From Mobula hypostoma (lineage: Eukaryota), in assembly GCF_963921235.1 (NCBI RefSeq), contig NC_086097.1, positions 225,682,001 to 225,746,000 on the forward strand: DNA of 64,000 nucleotides, in the 5' to 3' direction. Under the pieces are notes generated by a model. It was not told where the DNA came from, made no database searches, and worked only from the letters and a program-made list of their open reading frames with translations. A program made the translations under genes and the position numbers. Positions 60,863 through 64,000 of the stretch are shown piece by piece (the first letter of the stretch is position 1; each line of letters begins with the position of its first letter).

Positions 60863-61499
60863 ATGACCTCGAGGGATGAAGCTGTTTCCCATCCTGACTA
60901 TTCTTGTCTTTATCGATTGGAGTCTCCTGCCTGATGGTAGAATGTCAAAGAGGATACTGGATAGGTAAGTGGTATCCTAGATAATTCTAAGGGCCCTGCA
61001 TACACAGCCCTCCTAATAAATGTTCCCGATGGATTGTAGGGAGACTGCTATGATCTTCTCAGCCATTCTCACGGTCCTTAGTCGGGACTTCCAGTCTGAT
61101 ACCTAGCTGCTCCTATAGCAGATGGAGATGCAGCTAGCATGGACGCTCTTGGTGATGCCTTTGAAACTTTGTCGGTGACCAAAGTCCTCTCTGCTAGTGC
61201 CCTGCACTGATAATCCTAAACAACTTCATCATTCGTGCATTTATTATCATTGTCTCCTCATTTTCACTGCCAGAGAAAAGAGCAGTCTGTCCTCACATGC
61301 AATAAGACCTGGACAATGTCCAAGCTTGGCAGATGATATTTGCATTACATCCCTATCAACTCAGACAGCAGTCACACTTCACTTGTCTGAATGAATCTTC
61401 CTCTAAGGTAGTCTGTCTGGATTGACGATGAATAGCTTCCACACTGGTTATGAGTGTTCTGAAATGATTTTGCTGCCCATTCTGGGAACTGCAGAGACT

Positions 61500-62240
61500 T
61501 TCACAAATATGGCAGGGAATGCCTGATGAGGTAGGTAGTTTACAAGATGGTGCAATGTGTGCTTACGTGTGCTCCCAATGCATCGGCTCAAGAGAAAGTG
61601 GTTGAAAGCGATAATAAATCAGCCATGATAAAATGATAGACTTGATGGACCAAGTGGCCTAATTCTGCTCCACATGTATGTCTTGTGGTCTTACGGTCTC
61701 AACCTTTTCAACACTGTCTTGATTGCCCTTTTCTCTTTGAACAGTTTAAGCAAGAGATTCCCAGCGATCAGAGGGGATGTTTCATTTCTTCCGAGGCATT
61801 GTGTACATCTATGAATCTTTTTCTCTGTTTGCCCAGTAACCCCTTGCTATAACAGAGCTCAGATGGAATGTCTATTTTGGGAACTTAGTGTTCAGCATGT
61901 GAATATTGTTGTCTGCCAAACATAACTGATTATATCTTGGGCCTTTATGCTTGGTATGTTGGCCCGGACCAGGATGCTGATATTGATCAGTGAATTTGGA
62001 AGATTTTGCAGAAGGGGGCTGGTACTCATTTTCCAGTGTCCTGGCACGCCTGCTGAATGTACTCCAGGGCTCAAGAACATATAGGGGTCCAGTGAATCGC
62101 TACCCAGTAGACAATTAATTCTGGAGCAAATGTGAGGGCTTGAATTTTACGCAGATCACACGAAAAGGAATTGAAAGCAGTGTTGAATTTCATACAATGT
62201 CTTCCTTTGCCGAGAGATGGCTCCCAACATATTGAATTGA
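61500..62240 (-). mobile_element. Old RTE-clade LINE relic
   Basis: Reverse strand resembles Y.GSHLS.K.DI, LE....LLQNL..I.W, NISIL..ANIPSIKA; heavily decayed; a small CR1 tail is nested at ~61590-61700. Confidence 0.5.
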
Positions 62241-62246
62241 CTACTT

Positions 62247-63085
62247 CTTACATCCTTCACACACATGAGGAGTAAAAATCTTTACATTATGTCTCTGTCT
62301 AAATGTGCAATATGCAATTTATAGTAATTTGTAATAAGTAGTATGTACAACAGGACAGTCAGTATAGCATAGAACTACAATTGTATCAGCGTGAATTAAT
62401 CAGTCTGACAGCCTGGTGGAAGAAGCTGTCCTGACTTTTCATGCTGCGGTACTGTTTCCTGGATAGTAATAGCTGGAGCAGTTTGTGGTTGGGGTGACTC
62501 GGGTCCCCAGTAATCCTTTAGGCCCTTTTTACGCACCTGTCTCTGAAAATGTCCTGTATAGTGGGAAGTTCACAACTACAGATGCGCTGGGCTGTCCGCA
62601 CCACTCTCTGCAGAGTACTGCGATTGAGGGAGGTACAGTTCCCATACCAGGCAGTGATGCAGCCAGTCAGGATGCTCTCAATTGTGCCCCTATAGAAAAT
62701 CCTTAGGATTTGGGGACTCATGCCAAACTTTATCAACCGTCTGAGGTGAAAGAGGCCCGATATCTTTAAATTCAAAGTTGTGTTTATTGCCACTTTTCAT
62801 AAGTGCAAGTATGTACAGATGCAGTGGAAAACTTACTTGCAATAGCACTTCAGGCACACAGTATTAGTTGGATATCATTCACAAGAAAACATGAATTAAA
62901 CATAAAATACACACAAGTTTTACAAGAATGAAAAAAGCAAGAAAGACCATTGCAGTGTAAAGTGAGCAAAGTGGTCATAGTGTTGCTATTCTGAGGTAGT
63001 GATTAGGGTAACGTGAGATTGTTTAAGAACTCAATGATGAAGGTCAGTAGCTGTTCTTGAAGCTGGTGGTGTGGGATCTGATGGT
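62247..63085 (-). mobile_element. Two Rex1/Babar-type 3' fragments
   Basis: ORF 62518..62793 reads LFHLRRLIKFGMSPQILRIFYRGTIESILTGCITAWYGNC; a second 3' end lies at ~62770-63085. Confidence 0.8.
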
Positions 63086-63444
63086 CGATATGGAATAATT
63101 CAGTAGGTGCTAGTAACATGTGTCAGTGCTTGGACCAGGGATATTGTGAAATTCTGCTGTTGTCCCTCTGATATAAAGCTTTTGCTATGATAATGGCAAG
63201 CTCCAAGAATTTTATCGAGGACCTTGATGGCCTTCCTACTCCTCCTTTACCAATCACACCTTGCCAGAGTGTTGTGTTCCTTCCCATCCTCGTATTGAAT
63301 TCACCCAGAGGAAAAGTTTGTCTCCGTTCAGGATGTCAAATGGGTATTTTTGAAGAAAAGTCCTCTTTGCCTTAAGTGAAGTTCTAGAGTTGTGGTTTAT
63401 ACACGAATGATCATAGTATACTACTTCCATGTTTGAGAGATGAG

Positions 63445-64000
63445 AAGACCATAAGACATAAGGAGCAGAATTAGGCCGTTAAACCCATCGAGTCTGCTCT
63501 ACCATGATTTATTACTTCTCTCAACCCCACTCTCCTGCTTTCTCTCCATAAGATTTGATGACCTGATTAATCATAAAACTATCAATGTCCATTTTAAATA
63601 TTTCCAATGACTTGGGCTTCACAGCTGTCTGTGGTAAAGAATTTCCTCCTCAACTCTCTTCTAAAGGGACTATTCTACACTGAGGGTGTTCTCTGGTCCT
63701 AGATTTCCCCCACTATAGGACCCATCCTTTCCACATCCACTCTATCTCGTTCTTTCAATATTCAATAAGTTTCAGTGAAATTCCACCCCTCCTCCACTTT
63801 CTTCTAAACTCCAGTGAGTACAGGCACAGAGCCATCAAACGCTCTTCATATTTTAATCCTTCCATTCCCAGAATCATTCTTGTGAACCTCCTCTGGACCC
63901 TCTCCAATGCGAGCACATCTTCTCTTAGATAAGGGGAGCAAAACGTCTCACAATACTCCAAGTGCTGTCTGACCAATACCTTATAAAGCCTCAGCATGTC
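63445..64000 (-). mobile_element. CR1 3' end, running off the window
   Basis: ORF 63755..63997 reads MLRLYKVLVRQHLEYC..SPYLREDVLALERVQRRF. Confidence 0.9.

Larger units (their letters stand above)
57715..61160 (-). mobile_element. Rex-type 3' end interrupted by the young CR1 (pieces 57715-57967 and 60863-61160)
   Basis: GGGAATTCAGAAACCTAA joins TGACCTCGAGGGATGAAGCTGTTTCCC...CTCCTGCCTGATGGTAG (antisense of the LPSGRR motif). Confidence 0.7.

Noticed and set aside
1..64000. Prokaryotic-type systems (CRISPR array, retron, DGR, operons) suggested by the many RT ORFs
   Set aside because: All RTs carry eukaryotic LINE, PLE or Gypsy motifs with TSDs and tails; there is no regularly spaced repeat-spacer array and no operon-like gene density.

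Overview
This is eukaryotic, not prokaryotic, DNA: a transposon-saturated vertebrate intronic or intergenic region. The repeat content (dominant CR1 LINEs, V-SINE/HE1-like SINEs, Rex1/Babar, Neptune-type Penelope) suggests a cartilaginous fish (inference). I recognise no host protein-coding exon; nearly all listed ORFs are transposon fragments or their antisense shadows. Main structures: (1) a decayed Gypsy/Ty3 LTR retrotransposon (28246-40371) holding at least seven later insertions; (2) inside its gag, a 4.3-kb Penelope-like element (PLE; RT + GIY-YIG) built as a long inverted repeat, with an 8-bp TSD and a minimal hammerhead ribozyme (HHR) motif in each arm; (3) inside its integrase, a 220-bp fold-back mini-PLE (82-bp arms, 5-nt loop, 13-bp TSD) whose turning point lies in the ribozyme core; (4) several more short HHR-bearing PLE ends, some with TSDs; (5) a young CR1 with an uninterrupted 929-aa ORF2; (6) a near-intact Rex1/Babar LINE; plus L1/Tx1, RTE and Tc1 relics, two hAT-type MITEs and a solo LTR. 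TSD and motif coordinates were read directly from the sequence; borders of old fragments are approximate. Family names come from recognised protein and DNA motifs, not from a database search.
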